A DNA stretch of 62,831 bases, filler included, from Asterionella formosa (GCA_002256025.1; 8 parts of 8 records of this genome joined end to end with filler, not necessarily neighbours in it); one strand, 5' to 3'; shown: positions 1 through 13,625, counted from the first letter of the whole stretch. The notes: generated by a model not told the origin, from the letters alone. Numbers and translations: made by a program.

Positions 1-110
1 ACTATATTACATCAATGGCAACAAGAAGAACGGCTCAGGAAGAAGCCAACTACTTTGCAATTCGAACCCTGCTGAGATATTGTTTTGGCTCGATTCCATC
101 GGCGGAATAT

Positions 111-1503
111 CTACCGGGTAGTGGAAACTGAGCTCCGACGCAATGCACGACTGCTCATGTTCAAGTTGGTAGAGTCAGATCCATTCGGGTTCATTGACAG
201 ATCAGCTTTTGAGAAATCGAAAATCATCGATTCATATCTGGATGAAAATGAGTGACTAAGCCGGATTCCAGGGTTGCTTCCAGACTCTTTGAGTGCTTTG
301 ACTTCGACAAGCAAGTTCTCCAGAATCTCATCGATGCTTTCGAAAGTAGGGCGCTTAGAAGGATTCGGATCCCAACACCTAGTAAGTAGGTCTTTCAGTA
401 TTTTTGAGGAAAAGTTTTTCAAACATGGGCGCGAATTTGTGTCAACCACTTTCGTTCGCAGCGCTTCGAAGCAAATGCCCTTTCCAAAAGGCTTTTTCAG
501 TGCACATATCTCCCAAAGAAGGATACCAAATGAGTAGACATCCGAAAAAAATGTCATGTCTTCATTCTTGAATCGTTCAGGAGCCATGTATCTATAAGTA
601 TAAAAGGGAGATGCTGGTGAGTGGAAGAATCTTTTTCTGCGAAGGCATTTCAAGACTGACAGAAGAATCAAAGACTTACCGTGGCGTCCCCATGACGATC
701 CCTGCCTCTTCGCAGACGATGGAAGAGCTGACGTGCTTTGCAAAACCGAAATCAAATATCTTGACAGTTCCATCGGCTAAGAAACCAATGTTTCCTGGTT
801 TCAGGTCCAAATGGACAATCCCGCGTTGGTGAAGGTAAATCATGCCTTGGATTATTCCTTTCATACAGAGTTTCAGTCGCTCATAAAGGGGCTCGCTCTT
901 TGTTCTTGTATTACTTCTAATCTTCATGAGGAGATTTGTGTCATTTCCTTGGCAGTGAGCAAGGTATTTATCAAGCGTTTGATCAAGCGCCTCCAAAATC
1001 AAAAATGGAGACTGTTGCACATTTACACAATCTTGTACTTGTGGCTTGTGGTGAGACTTTAGGAAACAACCTGATAATCCACAAAGGGTGATGATGTTCG
1101 TGTGTGAAAGAGAGGAAAGTATCTTTGCCTCGTTGACGAGGTCGATCATTCCAATGTTGTCACGACTACACAATATGTTGTCATTTACGCTTTTCTGTTG
1201 TTTACCTCGACTGACAAGAGACTTCATTGCGTATGTTGTGTCAGGAGAACCCAATGGACCATCAAGTACCCTGACGCAATCGACTGAAGCGAATGCACCC
1301 CGCCCTAGATTACCTAGAATGTTAATGCTTTCCAAAGGAACATAAACCGCACCCAAAGAATCTTCTTGTGATTCAGATTTGTATTCCGGAAAAACGTCGT
1401 CTAAGCGAAGGGATTCGTCGCTGTCCAATCCTCTTTTCGGAATATCATGTTCGGAACTTCTCCATGTGATTGCTTTGATCGAGCGGACAGAATTTGGTTG
1501 CAT
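111..1503 (-). CDS. Ser/Thr (TKL-like) protein kinase, 2 exons (1503-680, 591-111; intron 592-679)
   Basis: Motifs LGRGAFASV, YAMK, VHLDLKPGN and DFG. An 88-nt GTAAG..TAG intron joins GTPR|YMAPE, followed by DVYSFG and CW..DP..RP. Confidence 0.9.
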
Positions 1504-1875
1504 CTTCGTTTTAGTCAAAAATGCTTTCTTGCCTTTGAATCAACGTTTCCGTATTTTCGCACACAATGAGATTCAAGAAAAAGTGTGAAATTTGTTCTTC
1601 CCGATGAAGTTTTACAAGGTATTGATTGGTTTGTTGTGATCAGGGTCCCAATTCCCACTCATACGAACATTTGTAACATTACGTGCCTGTTTCAGGTTAC
1701 CTGATGGGAGTACAAGGTACCAGGTACCTGGTACCAGGTACCGGCAGCAGGTACCAGCAAGGGACATGAATCTCCTCGGAGGTGATGGGGTCATCATGAT
1801 ATTTCATACGCATGTCGCAGTAGTAGATGTCACAATTACGAGCTCAAGGTGCATTCCCTATCGCTCTTGCTTCAT

Positions 1876-2043
1876 GCGATTTATTTCATAAATAATTTGT
1901 CATTGAAGGCACCTTCCGAATTTTATTATGAGGGTGATGTTCTTTTAACAAAACACTTATTGGAGATTTTGTTGAAAGTGCATACCCTCATAATAAAATT
2001 CGGAAGGTGTCTTCCATGACAAATTATTTATGAAATAAATCGC
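1876..2043. repeat. Near-perfect ~170-bp inverted repeat (hairpin/foldback, MITE-like)
   Basis: The arm gcgatttatttcataaataatttgtcattgaaggcaccttccgaattttattatgagggt... is the reverse complement of accctcataataaaattcggaaggtgtcttccatgacaaattatttatgaaataaatcgc with 2 mismatches. Imperfect pairing continues inward to a ~13-nt loop. Confidence 0.9.
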
Positions 2044-2443
2044 GTACCTGTAGTAAAGAAGCAGAATAAGAAGTCCATGCCTCCTAAGTATTCCCAACTA
2101 TTCGGAGTTGAGCGACAAATCGAGATCAAAGTGAGGGGATTTAACCACTCCTTTAAGGTAACCGGACATTTACCCTTTGTGTAAAATAATGCAACTGCCG
2201 GAAGCAAGAGCGACATGCAATGCACCGGGGCGGTCAAATCCCCCACATTCAAGTTCCCTCAGGATACACGTAAGCGAATATCGAAGGAAATCGAGTCATT
2301 TTTGATGACCTAATTTGCAGTAGGTGTCACATTTGAGAGCTCCAGATGCATTCCCCATAGCTCTTGATGAACGCAAGACACGCCCGAGGTGGTATCTTGC
2401 CTGCAAGTACACATGTACTCTATACGAGAGAAGGCAATAAGTG

Positions 2444-3022
2444 TGGAAAAAAGGTGAGAAGCTATGTAGGAGATTCACCTACATTTTGGGAGAGAATCTC
2501 CCCTTTTTTCTGGGCGGCGTTTATTCCCCTCTAGCTTTTAACACGTATATTTTCTGTGGCACCGTCAACAGTGGCTTTTTGGGGAGACTTTTCTCCCTAA
2601 AACCATGTATGAACAGCGTTCAATTTTGTACCATCGTAAGAATCAGGTTGACAGTTCATGAATGATAACTACTGCTAATAGCTATAGTAGCTAGGGGTTC
2701 CGACTCCTCAATTATGAACATCAATTGAGAACAACAACAATCAACAATATACCTATAGAAGTGACCCACTGCCACATCAAAATATCATCTCAGACAATGA
2801 AGAAATCGTTTGTGCTTATCAAGATAGATGCATAGTGAAGAAGCTACCAAGGTCAATTGCACATGATAGCATTCATGCTCTTTGCTGTCATGTTTGCATG
2901 AAGAAGCAAATGTTCAGTTCAAAACAACATGCTTCCATTGCTATGAAAAGATTGGTCATGCCCTGATGGATCCAGATGATGCAAATGCATTGCAAAAACT
3001 TCAATAAGATGAAGAGAGGAGA
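2444..3022 (+). mobile_element. Truncated, degenerate 5' copy of the Crypton-like element at 40240
   Basis: Colinear similarity to ~40240-40845, e.g. tttattcccctctagcttttaa, cccactgccacatcaaaa and ccctgatggatccagatgatgcaa. Confidence 0.85.
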
Positions 3023-3599
3023 TGTTATGTCTCAAATAGCAAGAATTAAAAGTCTTGAATATGGGATTGTGCTTGTTTCCATTGTAAGGATTGACTTCTA
3101 TTATCATGTTAAAAATGAAAGTAACTTTCCTGGCCAAACGACTATTTTCAGATGCCATCCGAAATGGAATGATGATTCAAATGCAGGAATCTGTGGTCAT
3201 GAATGGTTTGACTGGGTCAAAGTGAACTGGGAGAAAGGAGATGGATCAAGTTCCTACACAGTTCTGGCAAAACTACTTCTTTGGTGAAATGTTATATTCT
3301 CCAACACAACAACCATTCTTTTAGCGAGTATTCGTTAAATGAAAATTCATAAACATATGTTTTTTGCAAGAGGAGACACCTTATGCAATGATACAACTGA
3401 ATTGAGTGTTGTTGAATTTCATAACATACTTTCGGCAGCATTTGTTGTTCCTGCTTTGAAACCACAGGAATCAAGGAAATCTCTGAAACCGCAAGAAGTT
3501 TTGGAACAGATACGGAAAGATAATTTTTATGTTGCCATGCCTTCACGTCATTCATGGAAATCAATCGGGTGGGACCAAAAACTAACAAGCAAACATTGA
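3023..3599 (+). pseudogene. C-terminal fragment of a Plavaka-type (CACTA-related) transposase
   Basis: IFRCHPKW...EWFDWVKVNW...LAKLLLW resembles the C-terminus of Plavaka-type transposases. It is broken by a stop/frameshift near 3287. Confidence 0.55.
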
Positions 3600-3681
3600 T
3601 AAATAAACAAGGATAATATAAATAATAGTGATAATATAGTTTCACATATTACTAGTTAAGTTCTTAGAAGGTTTTCACAAG

Positions 3682-4750
3682 CTAAAATGTCCTAACGAAT
3701 GATGAGATTGGATGATCCCAATGGTCCATTATTTGTTCTTTTTCACTCCCAAAGAACCTAAGATGGTCCTTCTCGTTTCGTGAAGATGATTTTTTGATAC
3801 CTTTGACTCCATTAAAAACAGAGGCGTAATTGCATATTTCTTGTGGGGTACGTGTGTACAAATTTTTCCATAATTTTAGTTGTCCATGTGTTTTCGGCAA
3901 ACTCAAGGATAATGCAGTTTGCTTTGAAATACTAACTCTACACATTTCACATGCTGACTCTTCACAAAAGTAGGCTAGCTGCCTTTGGGATTGTTCTTGA
4001 TGATTTTACAAAGAAATCCTAATCTTTTTCTTCCATGTATAATTTGGAAAGAGATTCAATTTCTTTCTTCAAACTTCGTTCCCTATTCAGAGTATCAACT
4101 GCCTTAGCCAGCATCACATCTCTGTCTGCATTGATCTTCTTGAATTCGAGGTCTTGATCTAGCTCGGACTTTTTCTTGAAAATATTGCTTTTCTTTTAGA
4201 AATGCAATAGTTTCTCTGCTTTCATGATGTTCATCTTGATGTTCTGGACGAATAGTGAGACATATTTCTTGGTTTTGAACCATTTCTACTTCAGAAGTGT
4301 TGTCTCCCACATTTCCGCCGGTATTTTCATTCATCGCATGAATTTGTTCATCAAATGAATTAGAATCACTGAGTTCTTCTTCATTATCAGCGATTTCAGG
4401 AGAATGAGGAGCAAAATACGACACTGAATGGAACTGTGACTCTGTAGGAATAGAGTCTTCATCCACGAAGACCAACTGTTTGGGTTTCCTCTTCGAAAGC
4501 AATCTTTCCGTCTTTTCAATCTCTGCCACTATTGTATCGGCATACTTCATTATTTTTCAGGATTATTATGAACCTATTCAAATTCATCTGATCTTTGAGT
4601 GTATTCAAAGGAGCAAATCTTCGATTGATTTCATAAGTTTCGTCATATTCTTTTCCCAAAACATAAAGTCGTGTAGTGTAAACAATGGAAGTAAGTCACG
4701 TTTCTTGTTTGACTGATCCTTTGCATGAAATCCATGAAATGCCATTTGGA
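3682..4750 (-). pseudogene. Fragmented ORF convergent with the transposase fragment (possible TE accessory gene)
   Basis: Coding-like charged ORF pieces at 4104-4550 and 3682-3945, interrupted by stops/frameshifts. No recognised domain. Confidence 0.3.
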
Positions 4751-5499
4751 AAGTTGTTAAAGGGCCAGAAGACTATGATGTAAAACAGTGGAAGGGAAAC
4801 GCGGAGCTATTTGCGGCGCTTGTGGAGGTGCAGCTGGTGTGATGGTACCCAAGTGTAGTAATTGTTGAACAGAGCACCACAGCAGTGTAATATGCATGTT
4901 CTGCCAGCGTAGTGTTTACACAATACATATGCCGGCATATATAGCTATAACAAGAAAAAACGACAAGACGATGAACGTGATGGCTGATTGTGGTGGATAC
5001 GGGTATGTGATATGCATCAATCCATATCACAAATCATATTATGGTGATATACATATCAACGCATCCGTATACTTAGATCCTATTCACCATATAATACTAT
5101 CATATTTACTGTTGGCTTTTACTGTATACATCAAAAGACGAATTTATATATTAAGTAACATAATTATGTTTTATTTATTTATTTTCTGTGATGTACATAT
5201 TTTATCGTATTTTATTATCATTGTATTTTTTAACATGATCATATTTTGATCAAAATTATATCATAAACATTTTTAGAAATCATCACAGTTCTATGATCAA
5301 TGCATCATAGCTATGTGATATACTATATTCAACATTACGTATCATACTTTGGTGATGTATGCATCAATGTAACCCTATCGTGATATCACATTATCATCTT
5401 ATCAATCATTCAATGTTGATTGGGAACTGTATTCTGCATCGTACTACGGAGTATGATATTATAACACGCACTTTAGTGGCTAAGTCACTCCTGTAATGT

Positions 5500-5995
5500 A
5501 AACAAGTCGACAGTGTATGTACACACACGCTAATCAGGTTTGAGGCAACGGACAGTGGTTCCAACGAGCGAATGACAATACAGGTAGCAACTTTTCCAGC
5601 GGCAAACCGCACACAGACACCGACTTTTCCAGGAGCAAACAACAATGAAGAGAACCAGGCCACTTGTCGCTCTATTGATGGTAACAAAGATGCATACAAG
5701 TTCAACAGTGAATACAAGATCAACATAACAATGAAAACAAGTCGACAGTGTGTGTACGCACACGCCAAGCAGGTTTGAGGCAACGGACAGTTCCAACAAG
5801 CAAATGACAATATGGATATCAAAATTTTCCTGTCCCAAACTACAATGATAATGATGAAGGATATTCGTCCCTCTATTGTTGATGATACGGATACCGGACG
5901 TGTTTTCCGTTAGCAAACAACAATGAAGAGAGCCACTTGCTGTCGCTCTCTTGATGGTGACAAAGATGTGGACAAATTCAATAGTAAATACAACT
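5500..5995. repeat. Degenerate direct repeat, two ~240-280-bp units
   Basis: acaagtcgacagtgt..caggtttgaggcaacggacagt occurs at ~5501 and ~5737. agcaaacaacaatgaagag..gtcgctct.ttgatggt.acaaagatg occurs at ~5633 and ~5912. Confidence 0.8.
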
Positions 5996-8527
5996 AAAGT
6001 ATGCCAAATGCAGAAACGAGCGATATGAAAATGAAATTGTAATCAGAATCATTCTATAACTATAAATATGTGGATAGTAGTCTGTTACATTTTCTTATCT
6101 CTTTCTATGCTGAATCTCAATAGTAGATGTAGTATCATGTGAGAATTGGAAATGTCAACAAGAACAAGTAGAATGTGTTTGTTTACGAGTTGATTGGCGA
6201 GATTGTAATGCTGGTGGTCGACGAAACGGATTTTCTATATGCACTGTGTGTGGAACCATTCCGAGTTCGAATGATTTCTTCTCTGTAAACTCTTAATTGA
6301 ATGATTATGAACATAGATTCACTGCACATGATGATTACTCAAAGATATAATGATCACATGACCAACAATTGAAGACGTAATCGCAAACAATCATTCCACT
6401 TGTCATCGCTTTTATTTAAGATTCGGAGTGATGACGGATGGAAATGACAAGCTAAATTACATTACTCTAGCTGGTACATTATCCTACCAAGAAATTCAAA
6501 TACAGGAATCTAATAGAAACAATATATATAATAATTAAATATATGTAGTCGAAAGGGTTACTATTTAAATTACAAGGGCATTTATCAAAATTATTAGATC
6601 ATACAACGAAAAAATTATTATCAGATGATGATCACAATCCTATGATGCATCATGGGAATATGATAGTTTTTATTTGCAGACGGGTCTACAGGGGTAGTGC
6701 CTCTCACTAGGCGAACTTTTGGTCCTAGACGTCCATACTGCATCATGACTCTGGATTATTATTTATTGCTACAATATCTTTAAATGTCAGATCCATCGAG
6801 ATATTTGGTAAGTAGAGCTCGTGGATATAGTTAACGTTGCTATATTTTGGTTAATTATACTATTTATATAGTCTGATGTATAGGTAATGCTATGTACCAT
6901 AGGTCAGGATGCATCAAATAATTTCAAAGAACTTTGATTTGTTGGATAATTTGATCATCATGATGACAAAGTTTATAATTCATATTGAAAGCAAAAAGTT
7001 CGGACCACTGACAGCCAGCCAGTTCAACTGAAAAAATGTAATACGATCTGATTTGCATCAACTTGTTGTTGAAGTACCAAAATGCTGATATTTTGGATAA
7101 TTTTATAATCATAACAAATAATTGTAGATCATATGGAAGGTGAAATATTATTTGGGTTTGCTGGCACATTCATTGAAAATCAAATTCTAATGAAGTCGAC
7201 TCTTGTTCGAAGAATAGAAGGTTGAAAGGATAAGCTGGCTGTCATACTAGTAAATTGAAAGAGGTTTGGCTACCAAGCATAACCAAGTTCTTGGGGTGTG
7301 ATGGAGGGACAAATTCATGATGGAAGGAAATAATCAATGAATTGTGAATCAAATGCCAAACATGCAGTGCATAACTTGTTTAGATTGTGCCCTTCGACCT
7401 ACATCAACTGGTGTTTATTGACTTCCTGCAAGCGAATACAAAAATCGATAAGCATTCACCAAGAGGCTGATTGATGGGAGCAGCCATTGGTTGTTCATGC
7501 AGCTTTGGAATAATGTATCAACCATGGTGCAATGATGTGTAAGTGCGTTGATCGTGATCCATGTATCAAATTTTTTCAAAACACACTTTTACTCACAGAA
7601 GACTTGTGTTGATGTGTGCATGATTCGGAATTCCATAAGTTAACTTCGCCTTGCTTCTGTTGGAATCTATTACGATCTAGTATCACCTCACAATCACCTG
7701 GGAGAACAAGCAATGAAGTTCGTCCACACTGCAAACACTGCACATTGAGTTAGTTGCATACCAGTATCAGTTTTTCCGGACACTTCAACCGAATCATAGG
7801 TTATAGACAAAATGGGTACAAACGAAGAATTCTACATAGGAGTGCATATCACATGACGGAATTCAATCAGTTCGTGCGACTCACCTCATGTTGAAATTGA
7901 GCATCACACGAATTCAAACGGTTCACTCGGTATCCGCTGCCTACAACGAAGTGACTACCGGTATGGTACTAGGTATACTGTACCTACATTTGAGTGTATA
8001 GTCTCTACTTTTGAGCTTCCGGAGAAATAATAGTCTGCTCTTGCTTGAGTTACCGGTAACCTCTCTATCACTACAGGCACGAGTATACTGTTATCAAATT
8101 ATAGATAATCAATATGCATTTTTTTCATTTTGCTGTTTCCGATACACTTACCGGCAATAAAATAGCCATAGTTCGATTTGCAGCGACTTGATAAAAAAGG
8201 TGCAAGCCTTCTGCTTTGAAAAAGTTTATCTACATGATGAACAATAATACCTTGTCAGCGGTAATCACATAAGGAAAGCGAAATTACACAAGATTGACTG
8301 GCTCGACATAAAAGATGGCCCAAAAGCTGTGTATTCGTGTCCAATCTAATTATAGCCTTGATTATAGATGACACAATGCAATTATTCAGCATAAAGCAGC
8401 TCTCTCTATTCATGAAACCTGCCTCCGATGCATGCATTGCATTCCGATCATTCGACGATTAGCTGTCAATTTTAACAACGTACACAATCAAGCTACCAGT
8501 AGTGTAAAAACTAGAGGTATTCTCTCA

Positions 8528-9655
8528 ATGAAGGATAAACGCAATGAATATTTCGCAGGCAAAAAAAGGATCTTCAGTACTCGAGAACGACGAAGGTGTA
8601 GTGCACGCCGCGTGATTGTTATATTGCAGGTATATCATCTGCTTTTAGGGATCATGTTGTTAGTTTCGTCATCCCTCCTGGACCAGCAATTAAACGAGGG
8701 AAAATCCATATTTATTCTCGATCAGGTGGCCCTGGATCAACTGCCCATCATCTTTCCACACACCTTTAATGTACCAAGTGGCTGGTCCTACGGAGAACTG
8801 CTACATGCGTCTTGGCCTATGAATAAAAACAACAAAGCACAAAGGCTTTACGGCGTTGGTCCCACAGCCAAGGATTCTCCAGAGGGGCAAATAGTCCAGG
8901 GATATTGGCCAGATTTGTTGGATAGGCTAACTTACATTCCAATATTGAAAAATGGACACACTTCTCTTTCAAACGCCTTTGGAGATTTGCGTCAGCGAAT
9001 GAATGGAAACGTAGAATTGTTGAACCAGTCGCCCCTGAATACTACACTCCCCCCTCGAGCGAGTATGAATCGAACGCTGCTAGAGGAACAGCGCTAATCT
9101 TGTACAGATTTGCTCGAATATTCTGTCACCCATCCAAACTTTTCTCACAAATTATTTACTGTTCTTCGAGATCCCATTGATCGATTTATATCAGCTACAT
9201 GTGAAGAATTTCGTCAAAATACTTTCTACCGGGATGACTGCTTAAAATCAAATTGGAATGACACAATGACTTGTGTCATTGAAAAGCTACCCACACGAGC
9301 CACTCCAAAGCCATTCGAAGCACATCAAGATTTGCAAACAAAACAACTGCATGAGTCAGTTCGTGGAAAAGCTGTGGGTGTTGCTGTTATTTCCTTCTCT
9401 AACTTGAGTAATGTCATGTCCGACCTTGGATGTACTACACATTCCACTAAAGTACGCGATCGAAAATCAAATGAATATACAAATATTATTGCATTGAATA
9501 GCTTTTGCCAAATTCATGGTGACGATTTGTTAGAACATCAAATCGATCGTTTGTGTGAAGCATATCACCTGGATGTGGAACTTATGGAGTCGGTTGGAAT
9601 TCCCGTGCCACATTGCGCCAAGTCCCTTAAGGATGCATCTGGTCGCACTAGGTGA
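8528..9655 (+). CDS. Type II membrane sulfotransferase (Sulfotransfer_2-like), with a probable 45-nt intron at 9063-9107
   Basis: N-terminal TM helix, 5'-PAPS motif YIPILKNGHTSL and 3'-PB motif FTVLRDPIDRFISA. The in-frame TAA at 9095 is removed by an in-frame GTATGA..CTAAT..TACAG intron. Confidence 0.75.
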
Positions 9656-10382
9656 CATACACTAAATTTGGAGACGTGATGAAAGAATATCTGTATTCCA
9701 TTCTAACACAAGTCACAAGGAATGTACTGTGCGAGTGGATCTGGGACACCATTCTCAGCAAGTGAGGACAACGAAAATCAAACAACTCGATATGGCGAGC
9801 AAAGTCAAACAAGCGCTCCTGGCCCTTCTTTGATCCCCGTCGTTGCAGTATGGTGATGTGAAAAATCCTCATGCTGGAATGACCTTTGTATATTTTTTTC
9901 ACGATGGTGGACCTTTCCTCCAACAAAGTTCTCAATTGCATCACGCTTTGTCCCCATACATCTCCAGCTGGAGCAACCTAGTAATGCACCATGTATTTGC
10001 CCTAAGTCTATGATTTCAGTATGTCCCTATGTATTTGGTGGTAGAAGAAACACCAAAAGCTCTCATTGAAGCGCTTAATAAATGAGGTTACTAATCTCAT
10101 TAGGAGCAGAGAATTCTGAGGCAACAACAAGGCGAATAAAGGTGGACCACGGACGTACAGGTTATCTTCACAATCATACTGGTATCATGCGGGGCCTCTG
10201 TAAAGACAGTCCCTGTTCCTGGTATATACCAAAAATGTCATTCACACAAGCAAGTGTAACATTTCAAGATTTTTGCCGCGTGGCAGTGATTCGAATGAGT
10301 CCTCTGCCTTTGCGTCAGGTCTGGCACAGGCTGTTTTGTCCTGGTCTTCTGTCGACGAGTGCTCCTTGTATACCGCAACTAA

Positions 10383-10540
10383 GGTAGGTACCAGGTACTG
10401 GTACTGGCACTGGTACCGGTACTCCTGTCTCTCGATCTCCCGTCGGGCGAATCTGTGTGATACTAGGTACTGGTACCTGGTACCAGCTTGTACATACTAC
10501 CTGGTACCAGGCACCTGGTGCTACTAAGTACCGGTACATG
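10383..10540. repeat. Cluster of GGTACC/CCAGGTAC/CTGGTAC palindromic motifs (representative of several clusters)
   Basis: Dense ggtaccaggtactggtactggcactggtaccggtac...ggtacctggtaccag. Similar clusters at ~1710, 20680, 32015, 37080-37190 and 42555-42975. Confidence 0.8.
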
Positions 10541-10709
10541 AACATCAGCCGTCATCTGTTATCGTCAAGCATCATCGAATTTCGTAGATTCAATTTCTTC
10601 TCTACAAAAGAGTACGACACTTCCTCTGCTTGTTCGTCTCACTAATCAGCCTTCACCATACACTAGCTAGCCAGCTACTTACTACAGAACAACACAAAGG
10701 TCGATAGAA

Positions 10710-11722
10710 ATGAACCGACGAGCCCCAGGACAGCAAATCGCCCTTCCAGATCCTGCCGATTTGGGAGTCCTCATTACTCGAGGTGCCACGGCCTTTGCTC
10801 GGCGCAACAAGGTCATTACGGGGACCTATCTTTTCGGTATACTCGTGCTACTCATGGCCGGGACTGGCACGAAACTTACGCTGGAGCGGCAAAGCCAATA
10901 CAACAATATCATGAATACGATTGATTTAGAAGCCGAGTACGATGCCAGCAATCGCTACGCTCGAGCCTATCAGGTTTACTATCACAGCAAGGGATGGTTT
11001 ACCTGCGATTCTCTATGCCAGAGAAACAAGGCCCGAGCGGATCAGGCAAAACGTACGTTGGACGAAATTCGTAAAGAAGGCAATGCTCGCATGAGCGATG
11101 CCAAGGCTGTCGCTGGGTTGTTTAGTGAAGTCGGTGTCGGGGAGGTGAAGGATAGTTTTTGGAATTACTTTAATCAAGGAAAGCAATTTGCCAAGAGACA
11201 AAGTATGTGGGATGCCATGTAAGTTGATTTTATTAATGTTGCCGTTGTGCTTCATGTTTCCTGATGGTGCAAAGACCCAGAAATATTTCGTCAGCAATTG
11301 TAGTAATAGCTGTAGTACTCACTTTCTTTCGCTCCGCCTCTTTCAATTTTAGGTTCATGGGAATCCGACATATGGGCCGAGACGAAAGCATGGTGGAATA
11401 CATGATGAAGGTCCTAATGCAAGTTTTACTTAATTTTAGCATTGGATTAGTCATGGCGCTTGGAATATTCATTATTGGATTGTGGCGCATTGTGAGAGAT
11501 TACCAAGCAAATCCAATTGTTGCTGTTTTCTTTTTCATTTGTGCGGCATCAGCAGCCTTCACCTTTGTCATATCGTATTTATTGGCCATTTTCGGAGCCA
11601 CAGCTGGTGGATTGTATGGCATGGCGAAATTGGCAGAAGGAGCACAGCAGCGGGCAAGAATTCAACTGCAGCAGCAGCAACAACAACAAGAGAGAATGGG
11701 TCAGCGCCCTCATTATGATTAG
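10710..11722 (+). CDS. Multi-pass membrane protein of unknown function, 2 exons (intron 11219-11352)
   Basis: AT|GTAAG..TTTAG|G splicing gives a continuous WDAM-FMGIRH. Three hydrophobic helices, a WFTCDSLC motif and a poly-Q tail. Confidence 0.8.
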
Positions 11723-12745
11723 TTCAAGTAGACATAAATAGAGCATAGTGTTGCATTTAAAATGCAAGAGTGTACATGCTAGACTCCTTACAACAAGTTC
11801 AAAAAGAAAACTGCAACAATGTACTTACAATATTATTGTTGAGATCTGTCACTTGGCAGACATGAAATGATCCACATTCAATAAGAATAAACAATGATTC
11901 TGAATCAGTATACAGCAAGGTAACTATTTCCAAGTCCTTCAAGTCGGACTTTGGAAACCAGACAAGGAACCAATTGGAGAAGGTTTCAAGCAACGCTAAA
12001 ATCAAATATCAGCAAAGACAAGGGAAGCAACAATCAGGTACTCTATGGATCGCGGTTGCCAGCAATGCAAGAGTGGCAAATTGCAATTCGCAGATGGATT
12101 TTTGGGAGATCAAAAATAGGTATGCCATTGCACGCAAATTGTCTAGCAAATGGCCTACAGATCCATCAGATTGACAAGGTGCCCCAAAATATATTAGAGT
12201 CTTTAATAATGAATTCTTATATAATAATGAATTCTTATAGTTTGCTATCATTTACCCTGATTGCTCAGAAGAGGTCACTGACACTACCAAAAGCACCACA
12301 ATTGTCAATCAATTCCTAGTGGTTTTGTCGAGGTTTATTTTGCTTGAGGGGTATCTCAGTGGCCAATTTTTCCAAGATAAGCAAGGAGTAACATAGAGTA
12401 CTATGTACAGGATTTTGTTGAATGGCTCAACAAAAATTTCGGTGAAACTTGAAGAAGTTTTACCGATTACATAGGAAAAAAGGCTAAACCAACCCGGAAA
12501 GTTTGACTAACGGTACGACGAAGGTTGAGTGTGGCAGCGTCCTGCCCTCGTCCACCCTTCGTGGAATTACTAATCACTACGAACAATCATTGTTAGACTG
12601 TGCTCAACTGATCCTCTCCTACCCTGTCCACTTCGTTGTCATCATCCACATTCTTTCTGACAGTTGCAAGTATCTCTCTCTCTCTACATCCACGCATGCA
12701 GAGTTGAAAAAGTAGGCACGCACCCACTTGCTCTTCCATTATTGA

Positions 12746-13625
12746 ATGCCGAAACGGAAGCAGTCTCAACAAGCAGCAGATAGTAAAATGTGGAGCTCTG
12801 GTGGATCTTCACGAAAGATGAAGAGCAAAAAGGTCCCTTCTGTAGGTTTTCGTTTCATTGTGTTTATATGGTTTTGCGTCATATATTTCTTTATAGTTAG
12901 TCTAATTCTCCGTGGTGTGTATTTATTTCATTTGCAGATCAATGAATCATCAGCAGAAAAACTATTTCTTACATACGCCGACGAGGACGATGCATGCCTA
13001 TCGGCCAATATGGAGGGCATTTCCAAATTATGTGACCAATTAGATATTGATCCCATGGAAGATATTCGTATTTTAGTCCTTTTGTGGAAAATGGGTGCGA
13101 CAGATAAACCAGGACTTATTTCCAAGGACGAATGGATGGCAGGATGCAACAAATTGCAAGTAGACAGTATCGCCAAATTTCAAGAGTTGTTACCATCATT
13201 GGAAACTGGGTTTTTGGATCAACCAGATTTCAAGGACTTTTACAAGGTAACTATAATGAGAAATAGCGATTTTACCATTTATACATGAGGTTGTACTAAC
13301 TCAACTTGAATGTTTTTCCTTTCAGTTTTGTTTTCAATTCAATCGACAGGGAACTCATAAAACATTGGAAAAGGAATTGGTCATTGCGTTATTGGTATTA
13401 GTTCTCAAAGATCGTGTTTCCAAGGATCGAGTGTCTGCCTTTATCCGTTTCTTGGAACAAACGACTCAATATTCTCGTATTACACTGGATCAATGGTGTT
13501 CCTTTTTAGAATTTTGTTTGGAATGTGAAGATTTGAGCACGTACGATGAAGTAAATTCGGCATGGCCAGTTTTGATTGACGAATTTGTGGAGTATATGGA
13601 AGAGCAGGGAAAAGGAAAGATGTAA
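12746..13625 (+). CDS. DCN1: DCN1-like cullin neddylation protein (PONY domain), 3 exons (introns ~12842-12937, 13247-13325)
   Basis: EGISKLCDQLDIDP..DIRILVLLWKMGA, FKDFYK|FCFQFNR, DQWCSFLEF and YDEVNSAWPVLIDEFVEY are characteristic of DCN1. Confidence 0.9.

Noticed and set aside
6700..7800. Coding-like minus-strand region
   Set aside because: Stops in all frames and no recognisable motif; probably an old TE relic but unassignable.
10383..10540. CRISPR array or telomeric repeat
   Set aside because: No constant repeat/spacer periodicity, no cas genes, and the motifs are shuffled and palindromic.
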